NCBI GenBank assembly: GCA_031411295.1
Contig: JANOAV010000057.1
Span: forward strand, 35,204-99,203
Length of the DNA stretch: 64,000 bases
Reading direction: 5' to 3'
Source: Verrucomicrobiales bacterium
GTDB taxonomy: Bacteria > Verrucomicrobiota > Verrucomicrobiia > Verrucomicrobiales > V1-33
Position 1 is the first letter of the stretch. Each line of letters opens with the position of its first letter. The notes under the pieces were generated by a model. The model ran no database searches. It was not told where the DNA came from and was given only the letters and a program-made list of their open reading frames with translations. This document shows, in pieces, positions 27,117-36,590 of the stretch. The translations under genes were made by a program, and so were the position numbers.

Positions 27117-28228
27117 GCGTGACGGAAATAGCGATCCACGGCCCCGATGATCCTCTGGACATGTTCTTCCGTGAGCCACCAACCCACAGGAATACAGACT
27201 TGATGGGCGGAAAATTGATCCACTCCCGGTAGATCCGTGCGGAAATCCCAGAACACCGTGTGCCCGTCATTTCTCGCATGAACTTGCGAAGTCATGATGT
27301 CCTGCTCGGTCATGTAACGCACGAAATCCGCCCGATCTGGAACTAAAAAGGTAAACAACCAATGCGCAGACTCCCGATCCTTCTGGTAATCTAACAAGGT
27401 CAACCCTTTCGATGCCAAGGGCGCGAAGGCCTCGCGATAGCTGGCCGCGTGGCGCTGATGGGCACCCACGATTCTGGCAGCATGGTCTAACTGGGCGATG
27501 CCGATAGTGGCAGCCACATCGTTCATATGAAATTTGTAGCCATATTCCACCACGTCTTCCTCACAGCGGAAATCCTTGCGGGGAACGTCCCGGTCGATCC
27601 CATACCAGCGCAGTAATTTTCCTCGACGATAGGTGGAGGCATCACGGCAAATCAAGGCCCCTCCATCAACCGTCGTAATATGCTTGATCGCTTGGAAGGA
27701 AAAGGTGGTGAAGTCTGGAATCGCCCCCAAATATCGTCCCTGATACTTCGCCCCGAAAGCATGCGCCGCATCTTCAATCAGGGCCAGGCCATGCGCATCT
27801 GCTACCGCCCGCAATTCATTGAGATCGCAGGGATACCCGCCCCAATCCACACACACAATCGCCTTGGTCTTGGCGGTAACTTTTTGCGCCACGCTCTGGG
27901 CGCAGATGTTCCCGGTCAGGGGATTGATGTCGGCCCATACGATACGCGCGCCCATGGCCATGATGGGCACGTTGGTGGCCATGCAGGTCATGGGGGTGGA
28001 GATCACTTCATCTCCAGGTTCAACGCCGGCCAGGCGCAGCGCCAACTGCAGGGCGGAGGTGCCGGAATTTAACGACAGCACGTAGGGCGATGAGACCCAT
28101 TGTTGCAGCTTAAGCTCAAAGGCTTCCACCTGCGGCCCCTGGCCAATGAAGCCGCAGCCCAAAACGTTAGCGCTTTGCGCGATCGCTTCAGGAGACATGA
28201 AAACACTAAACAATGGAATGACGGACAC
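27113..28228 (-). CDS. DegT/DnrJ/EryC1/StrS sugar aminotransferase
   Basis: NSGTSALQLAL, IEDAAHAFG, FSFQAIKHITTVDGG (PLP Lys), GYKFHM. Confidence 0.95.
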   Translation of the reverse strand: MSVIPLFSVFMSPEAIAQSANVLGCGFIGQGPQVEAFELKLQQWVSSPYVLSLNSGTSALQLALRLAGVEPGDEVISTPMTCMATNVPIMAMGARIVWADINPLTGNICAQSVAQKVTAKTKAIVCVDWGGYPCDLNELRAVADAHGLALIEDAAHAFGAKYQGRYLGAIPDFTTFSFQAIKHITTVDGGALICRDASTYRRGKLLRWYGIDRDVPRKDFRCEEDVVEYGYKFHMNDVAATIGIAQLDHAARIVGAHQRHAASYREAFAPLASKGLTLLDYQKDRESAHWLFTFLVPDRADFVRYMTEQDIMTSQVHARNDGHTVFWDFRTDLPGVDQFSAHQVCIPVGWWLTEEHVQRIIGAVDRYFRHA

Positions 28229-28412
28229 AGATACAGATGGTGGAGGTTGAAGCCTGGGTAATAACGGGACTGGGTTTTGGCATGCGGAGTGCCTGCGGGA
28301 ACTCGATCAATGAACCGGGAGCCCGCCCTGCAGCCAGCCTATTGTTGCCAGATCATCCGTAGTCAAGGATCGCAAAGTAACAAATGACGAAAATCCCCGT
28401 TTTTTCGAGCGG

Positions 28413-29195
28413 CTAGGGATCTTTTCCCGACTGCTCGTGTTCGTAGAGGCGGCTGTAGCGGATGAAGGTTTGATACGCGGTGCTGATGGCGATCCAGAAT
28501 CCTGCGAATCCATCGAGAAAGCCGCGGCGGAAAAAATAGGCCCGCACGAAGCGCCACCAGGGACGGAACAGCGTGGCCAGCAGGCTCCAGCGTTTCCCTT
28601 CACTTTGCTGCCGACCCAGGTAAGCATCGCTAAACACGTTAATTTTTTCGATGTAGCGATTTATGTTAGGAAAAGAAAAGTGATGCAGATCGGATTTCAT
28701 TTCCAGAACGCGCGATCCATTGGGGAGTTCCATTTTATCATGCTCTGGACTTCCTCCCCACTTGGCTCCCTCGCGTCTCACCAAACGGAGCTTTCGGTCA
28801 GGATACCAATCGCCATGAGTGATCCAACGTCCCATGAACCATACTTTGCGGGGGAAGCTGGCACCTTGAAACTGCTCGCATTGCGCACTGCTGAAGAAGT
28901 GCAAAATTTCCGCCAGCAGTTCTGGAGAGAGTGCTTCATCCGAATCCAACGCCAACACCCAGGGCTGGGTGCACTGGCCGAGCGCGACATTTTTTTGATC
29001 ACGAAATCCCAACCAATCTTGGTGGGACCAATGCGCCCCATATTGTTGGGCGATGACTTCGGTGCCATCCGTGGATCCTGAGTCCACCACGATGATCTCC
29101 GCCGCAAGGCTTTGGAGGCTGGCCAGGCAGCGCGCCAGATTGACTTCCTCATTGCGGGTCACAATGGGGATGGAGATGGGTAAGGGTAAATTCAC
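28413..29195 (-). CDS. GT2 glycosyltransferase (LPS core beta-1,4-glucosyltransferase-like)
   Basis: NEEVNL..CL, VDSGSTDGT, LDSDE, WYPDRKLRL, RGFLDG. Confidence 0.9.
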   Translation of the reverse strand: MNLPLPISIPIVTRNEEVNLARCLASLQSLAAEIIVVDSGSTDGTEVIAQQYGAHWSHQDWLGFRDQKNVALGQCTQPWVLALDSDEALSPELLAEILHFFSSAQCEQFQGASFPRKVWFMGRWITHGDWYPDRKLRLVRREGAKWGGSPEHDKMELPNGSRVLEMKSDLHHFSFPNINRYIEKINVFSDAYLGRQQSEGKRWSLLATLFRPWWRFVRAYFFRRGFLDGFAGFWIAISTAYQTFIRYSRLYEHEQSGKDP

Positions 29196-29386
29196 TCCAC
29201 TGCTTCATCGCAAATGCGCGAAAATCCAAGTCCTAATTCATTCGCAAGTTTAAGTTGGGAAGCTCAATTTTGAGAAAAGAAAATGCGATTTTCTAAGTGC
29301 ACTGCAATTGACAAATCGTTCGACCCAAAGAAGTGTTCGGCACACCAGAGACCTTTTCAACCAATCCCCTAACGCCCCCAAACGCT

Positions 29387-30643
29387 ATGGCCTTCCGCCT
29401 TGATAAAGTAATCGTTCGTGGAGAAATCTCCAATCAGGTCCGTGGCCAGGTCACTGGAAAGCTCTGGCTGTTGGGCCGTAAGGAGCCAGTGGAAATCGCG
29501 CTGAAAGGAAATTGCCTGCGGGACTTGGCTGGGTGCCGTTTAACTTTTGAGAACCCATTGCCACAGCGTGAACCGCAGAGCGAGCAGCTTGCGCCACAGC
29601 AAAAGGGGCTGACTGGAGACATGACAGCGTCCCGTAAGGCCAAGGTGCCAACCGTGAACGATGATGAGTTGATTCAGCTCCTGCACAGCAAGACTCCAGT
29701 GCCGTATGTCTTTGCGAATATTTTGTATCTCGAATGGTTCAGCGAAGCCAATGGCCGCGTGGTAGTGGAGAGTTCTGGTTTCCGTCTGGAAATCTCTGAA
29801 CCGCTCTGGAGCATGACGGTGCTCGAGGAGGAAACCCAGGTGGGTGAGAGTCAGGAAAATTTCTATCGTTTCCTGGACCAACTAACGGGCGTGGCCAATG
29901 TGGATGATGATGAAGAGGAGTTCCTTCAGGAGGAGGACGAGGACGAGGAAGATGATGACGAGATGGATAATGAGTGGGACACAATGGTTGAAGATGAACC
30001 GCTCAATGAATTCGAGTGGGAGCAGGAACTGCGTGAAGCGGACCGGCGGGCGGAAGCCTATCAAGAAGCGTTTGATCGCTACAAGGACTATCCGGAGAAG
30101 GATAAAGAACGCCTGATCGCTGAAGCCATGGGTTGGGACGTCGAGGAGATTGAAGAATTTCGTGACGAGTGGGAAGATGTGGCAGAAAGTTTCCAAGACA
30201 CCGATCCTCAGGCCTTGATTGAGCAGGCGGATAGCTTGGTGGAGGATGATGATGAGGACATCCATCATCCGCTCAGCCGCCGCGCCATGCGGTTTGCCCT
30301 GCGCCTTCAGGAGGACGCAGAAAAACTGGGCATGTTTAATTTGGAGAAGGCCAGTAAGGACAGTCCGTTGCTCTCAGTTATCGTTAGCATTATTTCCCTC
30401 GGAGGAAAGTTGGCGGCGGCTTTGGATGGTGTGGCCATGGGTTACGATCCAGAGCCTGGCTTCATCATCGCGATGCTGAAGCGCTCGCAGATCCCGCTCA
30501 ACGAAGCGCTGCATTCCCTTAGCTCGATTGACCCCAAGAGCCTCACGCCGGACACCCGCATGTGGTTGGCCACCGCCCGCTCGGAACTCTTCGATCTCCG
30601 CAAGGACATTCTGGATGTGATGAAGGAAATGCGGCAGAAATAA
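29387..30643 (+). CDS. Conserved hypothetical protein with a long acidic central tract
   Basis: Long ORF (VIVRGEISN, LYLEWFSEANGRVV) with a D/E run; start set at MAFRLD. Confidence 0.8.
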   Translation: MAFRLDKVIVRGEISNQVRGQVTGKLWLLGRKEPVEIALKGNCLRDLAGCRLTFENPLPQREPQSEQLAPQQKGLTGDMTASRKAKVPTVNDDELIQLLHSKTPVPYVFANILYLEWFSEANGRVVVESSGFRLEISEPLWSMTVLEEETQVGESQENFYRFLDQLTGVANVDDDEEEFLQEEDEDEEDDDEMDNEWDTMVEDEPLNEFEWEQELREADRRAEAYQEAFDRYKDYPEKDKERLIAEAMGWDVEEIEEFRDEWEDVAESFQDTDPQALIEQADSLVEDDDEDIHHPLSRRAMRFALRLQEDAEKLGMFNLEKASKDSPLLSVIVSIISLGGKLAAALDGVAMGYDPEPGFIIAMLKRSQIPLNEALHSLSSIDPKSLTPDTRMWLATARSELFDLRKDILDVMKEMRQK

Positions 30644-30665
30644 GGCTTGGCTTTGGTCTCTGGCC

Positions 30666-31118
30666 TCAGCCAGCAAAGCTCTTCACGACCAGCACGGGAC
30701 AGTGGGCGTGGCGCACCACCTGCTCGGCCGTGCTGCCCAGCAACATTCGTTTCAAGCCAGTGTAACCATGACTGGCGATGACGATGAGGTCACTCTGGGC
30801 TTCCTTGGCCACGTCACAAATGGTAGGCCAAGGATGACCTTCCTCCATGCGGGTAGTTACGCTAACCCCGGCTGGGACCTTGGTGGCGGCAGCTTCGAGT
30901 TCTTGCTGCAGAGCTTTGCGTTGCGCAGGATCGATTGGCAGGATCACCGGTGGCACCACAAAGGGGCCAACATCTCCCTGCATGATTAGATTCGGCGGCT
31001 GCACATAGACCAAGGTCAGGGAGGAGCCAATCACTTGGGCCAAGTTTCCCGCAGCATGCAAAGCCGCTAACGAGTGGTCAGAGAAGTCAATGGGAACAAG
31101 GATTTTTTGAAAGTTCAT
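30666..31118 (-). CDS. Universal stress protein (UspA family)
   Basis: KILVPIDFS; DLIVIASHG..GLKRMLLGSTAEQVVRHAHCPVLVV. Confidence 0.95.
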   Translation of the reverse strand: MNFQKILVPIDFSDHSLAALHAAGNLAQVIGSSLTLVYVQPPNLIMQGDVGPFVVPPVILPIDPAQRKALQQELEAAATKVPAGVSVTTRMEEGHPWPTICDVAKEAQSDLIVIASHGYTGLKRMLLGSTAEQVVRHAHCPVLVVKSFAG

Positions 31119-31212
31119 GGCGTGGCTGGGTCAGAGTTTAAATTTTGCTAGTGATTTGGGATAAGCCCTGCCGGGGCACTCGGAAGGTGTGCCACGGCAA
31201 GGCTGTGGAGGG

Positions 31213-31695
31213 TCAACTTTCGTCCGCCTGCATTCCTTTGTGGTATTCGGAGTAAATGAAAATGGGGATTTTGAGTTCTCCCAGATGATGTTTGATGAGC
31301 GTTAAAACCTCAGGCCAGTCCAAGCCTCCTACTCCTGTGGCCAAGCGTGGCAGGGCAATGCTGTTAAATTTTTCTGTGATGGCCAGACGATGCAACGCGC
31401 GGAGGGCGTGGTTGACATTTTCGATCGAAGCCTTGCCTGGATGCCCTCCTTCCTGGCGGGCGGGTGCTTGGGTAAAGAGATTGGCGACCCGCCGTCCGGG
31501 ACCTGACCACAGCCAGAGGCCGCCCACCGTGGGGTTCTCCAGATGGCAATAGTGGCGGAAATCCTTCACCGTGGCGGGCCACTCCTCACGGAGACTGAGC
31601 GCCAGCCCGCTCGTGAAATGATCCCCGGGGGCCAGTCCGTGGGCAATGACTTCGGCTTGGGTCAACAGGATATCTCCACTTACTTCTTTAATCAT
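31213..31695 (-). CDS. Macro domain (ADP-ribose binding/processing) protein
   Basis: MIKEVSGDIL, IAHG, GLAL, ANLFTQ, SIALPRLATGVGGLDW; start trimmed to 31695. Confidence 0.88.
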   Translation of the reverse strand: MIKEVSGDILLTQAEVIAHGLAPGDHFTSGLALSLREEWPATVKDFRHYCHLENPTVGGLWLWSGPGRRVANLFTQAPARQEGGHPGKASIENVNHALRALHRLAITEKFNSIALPRLATGVGGLDWPEVLTLIKHHLGELKIPIFIYSEYHKGMQADES

Positions 31696-31845
31696 GATCG
31701 ATGGGGTTTGGGTTTGCTTGGGGAAGGCTTCGGCAGGATGTCCGCGCTTCCTTCCACGCCCTACCTTAATCGACGACAGGGCACACGCCACGCAGCCATT
31801 CCGAAACGCTGAGCGCTTATTCCGTTGTCGGTTATTCCCCCCCTG

Positions 31846-31985
31846 ATGCGCCTGTCTTATTTTTGCTGTTTTGGTGGTATGCTTGCATTCCCTGATCACT
31901 GGAACGACCGTGAAGGAACCCATCCATGCCTTGGACTGGTGTCCCACGCTCTTGAAATTAGCAGGGGCAAAAGTAGCTTCGGCCA
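31846..31985 (+). pseudogene. Probable arylsulfatase remnant
   Basis: GTTVKEPIHALDWCPTLLKLAGA resembles the sulfatase C-proximal H..D..PTL..LAG segment; preceded only by an out-of-frame ATG and a hydrophobic signal-like stretch. Confidence 0.45.
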
Positions 31986-31994
31986 ATCTGGGGT

Positions 31995-34175
31995 TTAATT
32001 CAACTGGACTGCCAGACGGAAGAATGCCCGCTGGATACTCAGCAGGGGAATAGAAGCGCGACGCAGCTGGAGCGAACCGTTAGTCGAAAGCAGGGTGTCC
32101 GTGAATCCCGCCGGAGCCCCGACTTGCCCCGGGCCTTTCCAGTGAAATTGGTCCAGCGAGAGTTCCGCTCGGAAGGTAAGATCAGTCAACGCAGTGTTCT
32201 TGATGTAGTCAAAATTGGCCGCCGTGGCGGTGGTGGTCAATCTGGGACCTGGCGTGGCGGCTGAAAGCACTTGGGTGGGCGAACTGCCCATGGCGTATTC
32301 GTAGAAATTTTCCTGGCCGTCGGCATCGAAGTCTGCAGCTGGTGCGAGCGCAAGCGTTCCCGCCGGAAGAGCCTTGGCGGTTTCATACCCCCTGGCCCAA
32401 GCCATATAGCCAGACAGACCCTGGGCGGTAAAGGTCTGCCATCCAGAGGGCAAGCTCACCGTGCCATTGAGTGGTTCACAGCGGAAAATGGAAGTGCCCG
32501 CGCTGCCTGGGGTGTAGGTAGTTGCTTCGGTGTTAAGTGTGCTCACGACCAGAGGTGTCAGCGCAGCAATATCGGCAAACTGGATTGCATCCACAAACCA
32601 CGCTGAAGAGCTATCCACATCTGGGAAATAGGCCCCTCCCGGCACCACCGCATAGCGCAGCCGCAGTCGAAAATATTTTCCAGCCCATCCTGTAAGGTTG
32701 GCGTTTCGGGTCTTCCACGTGATTTCGCCCTGCGTATCAGTGCCATTTTGTGCGAAGACCGAAATCCAATCGCTGGCCCCCTCCTCCTTGATTTCCATGC
32801 GGGCCGTCTGGTCTGCGGTGGCCCAGCCAAGGCGGCTTTGGAATGCAATCCCGGGAGACGTGCCGGCCATGTAAAGCGTATTTAATTCCACGAACTGATC
32901 ATATCCATCAGGCATCGCCAAATGAAACGAAGCACTGCCCTGCTGCTGCACATTAGGATCGACCAACGCATAACCCGGGGAGAGGGTTGGGGTCACCTTG
33001 GTGGTGTTCTCGCAATTTTCCGCCGGAGCGGCCGCTTTGCTGAAGGCTGTGAAGCGGTAACTGGAAATTCCCGGCACCGCAGTGAAGGTCACGCTGGTGG
33101 GTAGGCTGACATAGCCCTGCGCAGCGGAGGTGAACACCGGAGCGGTGTAATTTAATTTGAGATCGAGTTTCACATTATCCAGCCCGGCATTGATCGTGCC
33201 AGTGGTGGTTTGAGTCAGATGCGGGCCGGTAAATGACACGGTTCGACTGCCTGATGCTCTCGGAAATGGCAACACCCAGCCGCCGCCAACTGCCGTGAGG
33301 CAATGGAACGTTGATCCGCTGGAGGTGACCGTCACCCCACTGAGCGCTTCGCCTAAGTCATAGAAACTATTTCCGTTCAGGTCAAAATAGGCCACCCCCG
33401 TGATGAAGACATTAGAGTTGGGTGCCTGTCCGAAATCCTCCGTCAACAATTGTGGTCCCATGCCGTTAGCGCTGCTTTGAATAATGCCGACGCCAACCTC
33501 CCGGAATGAACTAGCGTGATCGTTGATACGGTGCCCGCGGGGCGATTGCATCCCGTTCGTCCCCACGCCCCAGTCCACCTCGAATCCAGCGTGTCCAAAT
33601 AATGGGTTGAGCGAATAGGCATAAAGGTTTTCACTTGCGGAAATCCAAGTGTAGCCCGCCGCCGTGATCCGCTCCGTCGAATTCCCCCCCGGCCCACTGG
33701 GGATTTCGTCGTGGGTTTGCAGACCGTTGGTTGACATCCACTGGGAGTGGCTACGGGCCGCAATTGTAAGGAACTGATTCGGTGCCAATGGAGGCGTGGC
33801 TGGCAGCGCTGCAAACTCCGCTTTCATCACCGGCAAATTCAACCCATAAAACTTGTAGTAGTCGATGATGTCAGGGTCGGTCAGCCCAGCCAGGATGATT
33901 CCCTCAGCCGCAGGAAACATCCGCGCCCGATTGAGCAATTCGAGTTGTAGTTGCTCATCCGGCGTGGGATTACCAAAGGTATAAAGCGTAGTCAGAGCCT
34001 CCATTCCAGGCTTCTGTTTGGGAAATCCGCTCTGGGTGGCCAGAGTCGCTGCCGCAGGAGCCGCGTGATACTCCCGCGCGCCCACTGGCAGAGCGCACAA
34101 CGCCACCAGTGCAAACCCCACCAAGGGAATGGGTGCAATAGGTAACAGATTGGGGAAAGGCTCCATGCAATGCAA
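31995..34175 (-). CDS. Secreted CAP/SCP-domain protein with Ig-like/beta-sandwich domains and a Verrucomicrobia-type C-terminus
   Basis: Signal peptide; LELLNRAR, AARSHSQWM, ERITAAGY, ENL, GHR, FREVGVG; DLNGNSFYDLGE; ends RAFFRLAVQLN. Confidence 0.88.
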   Translation of the reverse strand: MHCMEPFPNLLPIAPIPLVGFALVALCALPVGAREYHAAPAAATLATQSGFPKQKPGMEALTTLYTFGNPTPDEQLQLELLNRARMFPAAEGIILAGLTDPDIIDYYKFYGLNLPVMKAEFAALPATPPLAPNQFLTIAARSHSQWMSTNGLQTHDEIPSGPGGNSTERITAAGYTWISASENLYAYSLNPLFGHAGFEVDWGVGTNGMQSPRGHRINDHASSFREVGVGIIQSSANGMGPQLLTEDFGQAPNSNVFITGVAYFDLNGNSFYDLGEALSGVTVTSSGSTFHCLTAVGGGWVLPFPRASGSRTVSFTGPHLTQTTTGTINAGLDNVKLDLKLNYTAPVFTSAAQGYVSLPTSVTFTAVPGISSYRFTAFSKAAAPAENCENTTKVTPTLSPGYALVDPNVQQQGSASFHLAMPDGYDQFVELNTLYMAGTSPGIAFQSRLGWATADQTARMEIKEEGASDWISVFAQNGTDTQGEITWKTRNANLTGWAGKYFRLRLRYAVVPGGAYFPDVDSSSAWFVDAIQFADIAALTPLVVSTLNTEATTYTPGSAGTSIFRCEPLNGTVSLPSGWQTFTAQGLSGYMAWARGYETAKALPAGTLALAPAADFDADGQENFYEYAMGSSPTQVLSAATPGPRLTTTATAANFDYIKNTALTDLTFRAELSLDQFHWKGPGQVGAPAGFTDTLLSTNGSLQLRRASIPLLSIQRAFFRLAVQLN

Positions 34176-34312
34176 AAGCAGTAGCGACTTGATCCGCTAA
34201 GCGGGCTCCTAGCCTACCGTGTCACCAGTCGAAAATCAACCAATTCGTGCAATTAAACCACGCTCACATTAGCAACTTTGGATTGCAGATTTGCGAATTA
34301 TTGCAAAATAAA

Positions 34313-34332
34313 TAATGCTAATATTAGCATTA
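34313..34332. promoter_or_regulatory. Perfect 20-bp palindrome in a divergent promoter region
   Basis: TAATGCTAATATTAGCATTA equals its own reverse complement. Confidence 0.5.
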
Positions 34333-34376
34333 CTGAGGATGGAACAATTGCCCCGACAGTGCTAAGGTAGCGCTTC

Positions 34377-36578
34377 ATGCCACTCCGCCGTCCTGCCATT
34401 TCGAGAAAATCCCCCGCTGCCTCCCAGAGTCGGCTGGGGAGGTTCTGGCGTTGGACTGGAGCCAAGCGCTGGTGGTCTCGCTGGAGTTGGCGCGGGGGGA
34501 TCTCTCTACTTGGGATGCTGGTGCTCGGGTGGATTGCCTTTGAAATTTACTTCGGCACGCTGGCTCGCGGCTATTCGTTGGATTCATTAGGAGTCATGCC
34601 GGAACGCTCTCTCGTATTGGACCGTGACGGTCAGATCATCGGGCGCATGTATGGTGAGAATCGCGTGTTGGTGGCCAAATCTCAAGTAGCGGAAAGTTTC
34701 GTGCAAGCCTTACTAGTCCGGGAGGATGAACGCTTCTATGGCCACGGTGGGGTGGACTGGATTGGCATTGCCCGGGCCACCCTGCGCAACGTCAAAGCGG
34801 GTCATGCGGTGCAGGGAGCCAGCACCATCACCATGCAATTGGCGCGCAACAGCTTCGGCCTCATGGCGGAGAAAACGCTCCACCGCAAGTTATTGGAAAT
34901 CGCGCTAACGCAGCGTATCGAGCGCGCCAAGACCAAGGATGAAATCCTCGAACTTTATGTCAATCGCATCTTCTTCGGCAACGGCATCTACGGAATCGAA
35001 CGGGCCGCTCAAGTCTATTTCGGCAAACACGCCGCCGACCTGCGCCTGGACGAATCCGCCCTGCTGGCCGGGATCATCCGCGGCCCCAACAAGTTTTCCC
35101 CGTTTCGAAATTATACCGGAGCCTTGGCGCAGCGGGATACCGTCTTGGAGCGTATGGTGCTCAAGCAGTATCTCACTCCAGAGGCCGCCGCTGCGGCCAA
35201 AGCCCGTCCCACCCCAGTGCTGCCACCTCCCCGCAATACCCAGCAGGAAAGTTATGCCTTGGATGCGGTGCGGCATGATTTGGAAATGGTGCTCGATCAA
35301 CAGGATATCGAAGACGGGAGCCTGAAAGTTTACACCACGCTCGATAGCAAACTGCAGCGTGCTTCCGAGGTGGCATTGGAGAATCGCCTCAGCTCGTTGG
35401 AAAAGCAATCCGGCTACCAACACCAGACGATGGCACAGTTTCATCAAGCCCAGAGCAAAGGCCGCGTGGACACGAAGGCCGAGTATGTGCAAGGCGCCAT
35501 TTTACTTTTGGAAAACCACACCGGAGCCATCCGCGCAGTCGTCGGTGGGCGCGACTACGATGACAGCACCTACAACCGAGCCCTCACGGCCAAACGCCAA
35601 GTCGGCAGCACGTTCAAGCCCATCGTCTATGCCGCAGCCATCGAAGACGCTGGCCTGCTGCCCAACAGCCCCATTAGTGATGATCCCATTCGGCCCCAGG
35701 AACTCCGCACCGCCAACGGAGCGTGGAGTCCCAAAAACTCGGATGGGACCTTCACCGGCCTGCAAACCCTGGAATTCGGGCTCGTGAAAAGCCGCAATAC
35801 CATGACCGTCCGGGTGGGCGAGCGGGCGGGAATGGATCGCGTGCTCGCCATGGCGGAGCAGGCTGGTATCAAGGACATCCAAGGCCGCAGCCCCCAGATC
35901 TATATTGGAAATCTTGGGGCTACGGTTAAGGCGATGACCAGTGCCTTCAGTCTCTTTCCCAACGGTGGACAGCGCTGCCGTCCCTATCTGATCGATCGCA
36001 TTGAGAACGCTGACGGGGAAGTCCTCTTCCGCAGCGGGCAGATTCAATATCCAGTGGTTTCCCCGGGGACGGCTTACTTGATGACCAACATGCTCCAAAA
36101 AGTGACCGGTCCAGGCGGCACCGCGGCTGCGGCTCGCCAAGCCGGATTGAAAGCTCCCATCGGAGGCAAAACTGGCACGACTGACGACTATCAGGATGCA
36201 TGGTTTATTGGCTTCAATCCCGACTTCACCTGCGGGGTCTGGGTGGGGCTGGATGATCCAGAGCAAATTATTGGTCAGGGGTATGGTGGGAAAATTTCCC
36301 TGCCGATCTGGGTTGAAATCATGAAAGCGGTGGAAGCACGTGAGCCCACGTTAGTAAGAGCCACCTTCCCGCAACCAAATCTCGTCCCCTCCTTGATTTG
36401 CCGGGACTCCGGCGCGTTGGCCACCACCCATTGCCCCCATCCCGAACACGTCAATTTACCCTTGGGCCAGGTGCCCACCGCTTATTGCTCGGAACATGCA
36501 ACCGCAAGCGCCCTGCCACGCGGTGCGGAGCAGGAAGGCAAATCGCTTTGGCAACGCGTGAAGGGGATCTTCGATTAA
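34377..36578 (+). CDS. Class A penicillin-binding protein (PBP1A family)
   Basis: TM anchor; EDERFYGHGG, GASTITMQL, RKLLE; SxxK GSTFK, SRN, KTG. Confidence 0.95.
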   Translation: MPLRRPAISRKSPAASQSRLGRFWRWTGAKRWWSRWSWRGGISLLGMLVLGWIAFEIYFGTLARGYSLDSLGVMPERSLVLDRDGQIIGRMYGENRVLVAKSQVAESFVQALLVREDERFYGHGGVDWIGIARATLRNVKAGHAVQGASTITMQLARNSFGLMAEKTLHRKLLEIALTQRIERAKTKDEILELYVNRIFFGNGIYGIERAAQVYFGKHAADLRLDESALLAGIIRGPNKFSPFRNYTGALAQRDTVLERMVLKQYLTPEAAAAAKARPTPVLPPPRNTQQESYALDAVRHDLEMVLDQQDIEDGSLKVYTTLDSKLQRASEVALENRLSSLEKQSGYQHQTMAQFHQAQSKGRVDTKAEYVQGAILLLENHTGAIRAVVGGRDYDDSTYNRALTAKRQVGSTFKPIVYAAAIEDAGLLPNSPISDDPIRPQELRTANGAWSPKNSDGTFTGLQTLEFGLVKSRNTMTVRVGERAGMDRVLAMAEQAGIKDIQGRSPQIYIGNLGATVKAMTSAFSLFPNGGQRCRPYLIDRIENADGEVLFRSGQIQYPVVSPGTAYLMTNMLQKVTGPGGTAAAARQAGLKAPIGGKTGTTDDYQDAWFIGFNPDFTCGVWVGLDDPEQIIGQGYGGKISLPIWVEIMKAVEAREPTLVRATFPQPNLVPSLICRDSGALATTHCPHPEHVNLPLGQVPTAYCSEHATASALPRGAEQEGKSLWQRVKGIFD

Positions 36579-36590
36579 TTTGGCTTGGAG

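Noticed and set aside
31696..31986. 97-aa N-terminal extension of the macrodomain ORF
   Set aside because: Non-protein-like, and overlaps the opposite-strand sulfatase relic; the family start MIKEVSGD is at 31695.
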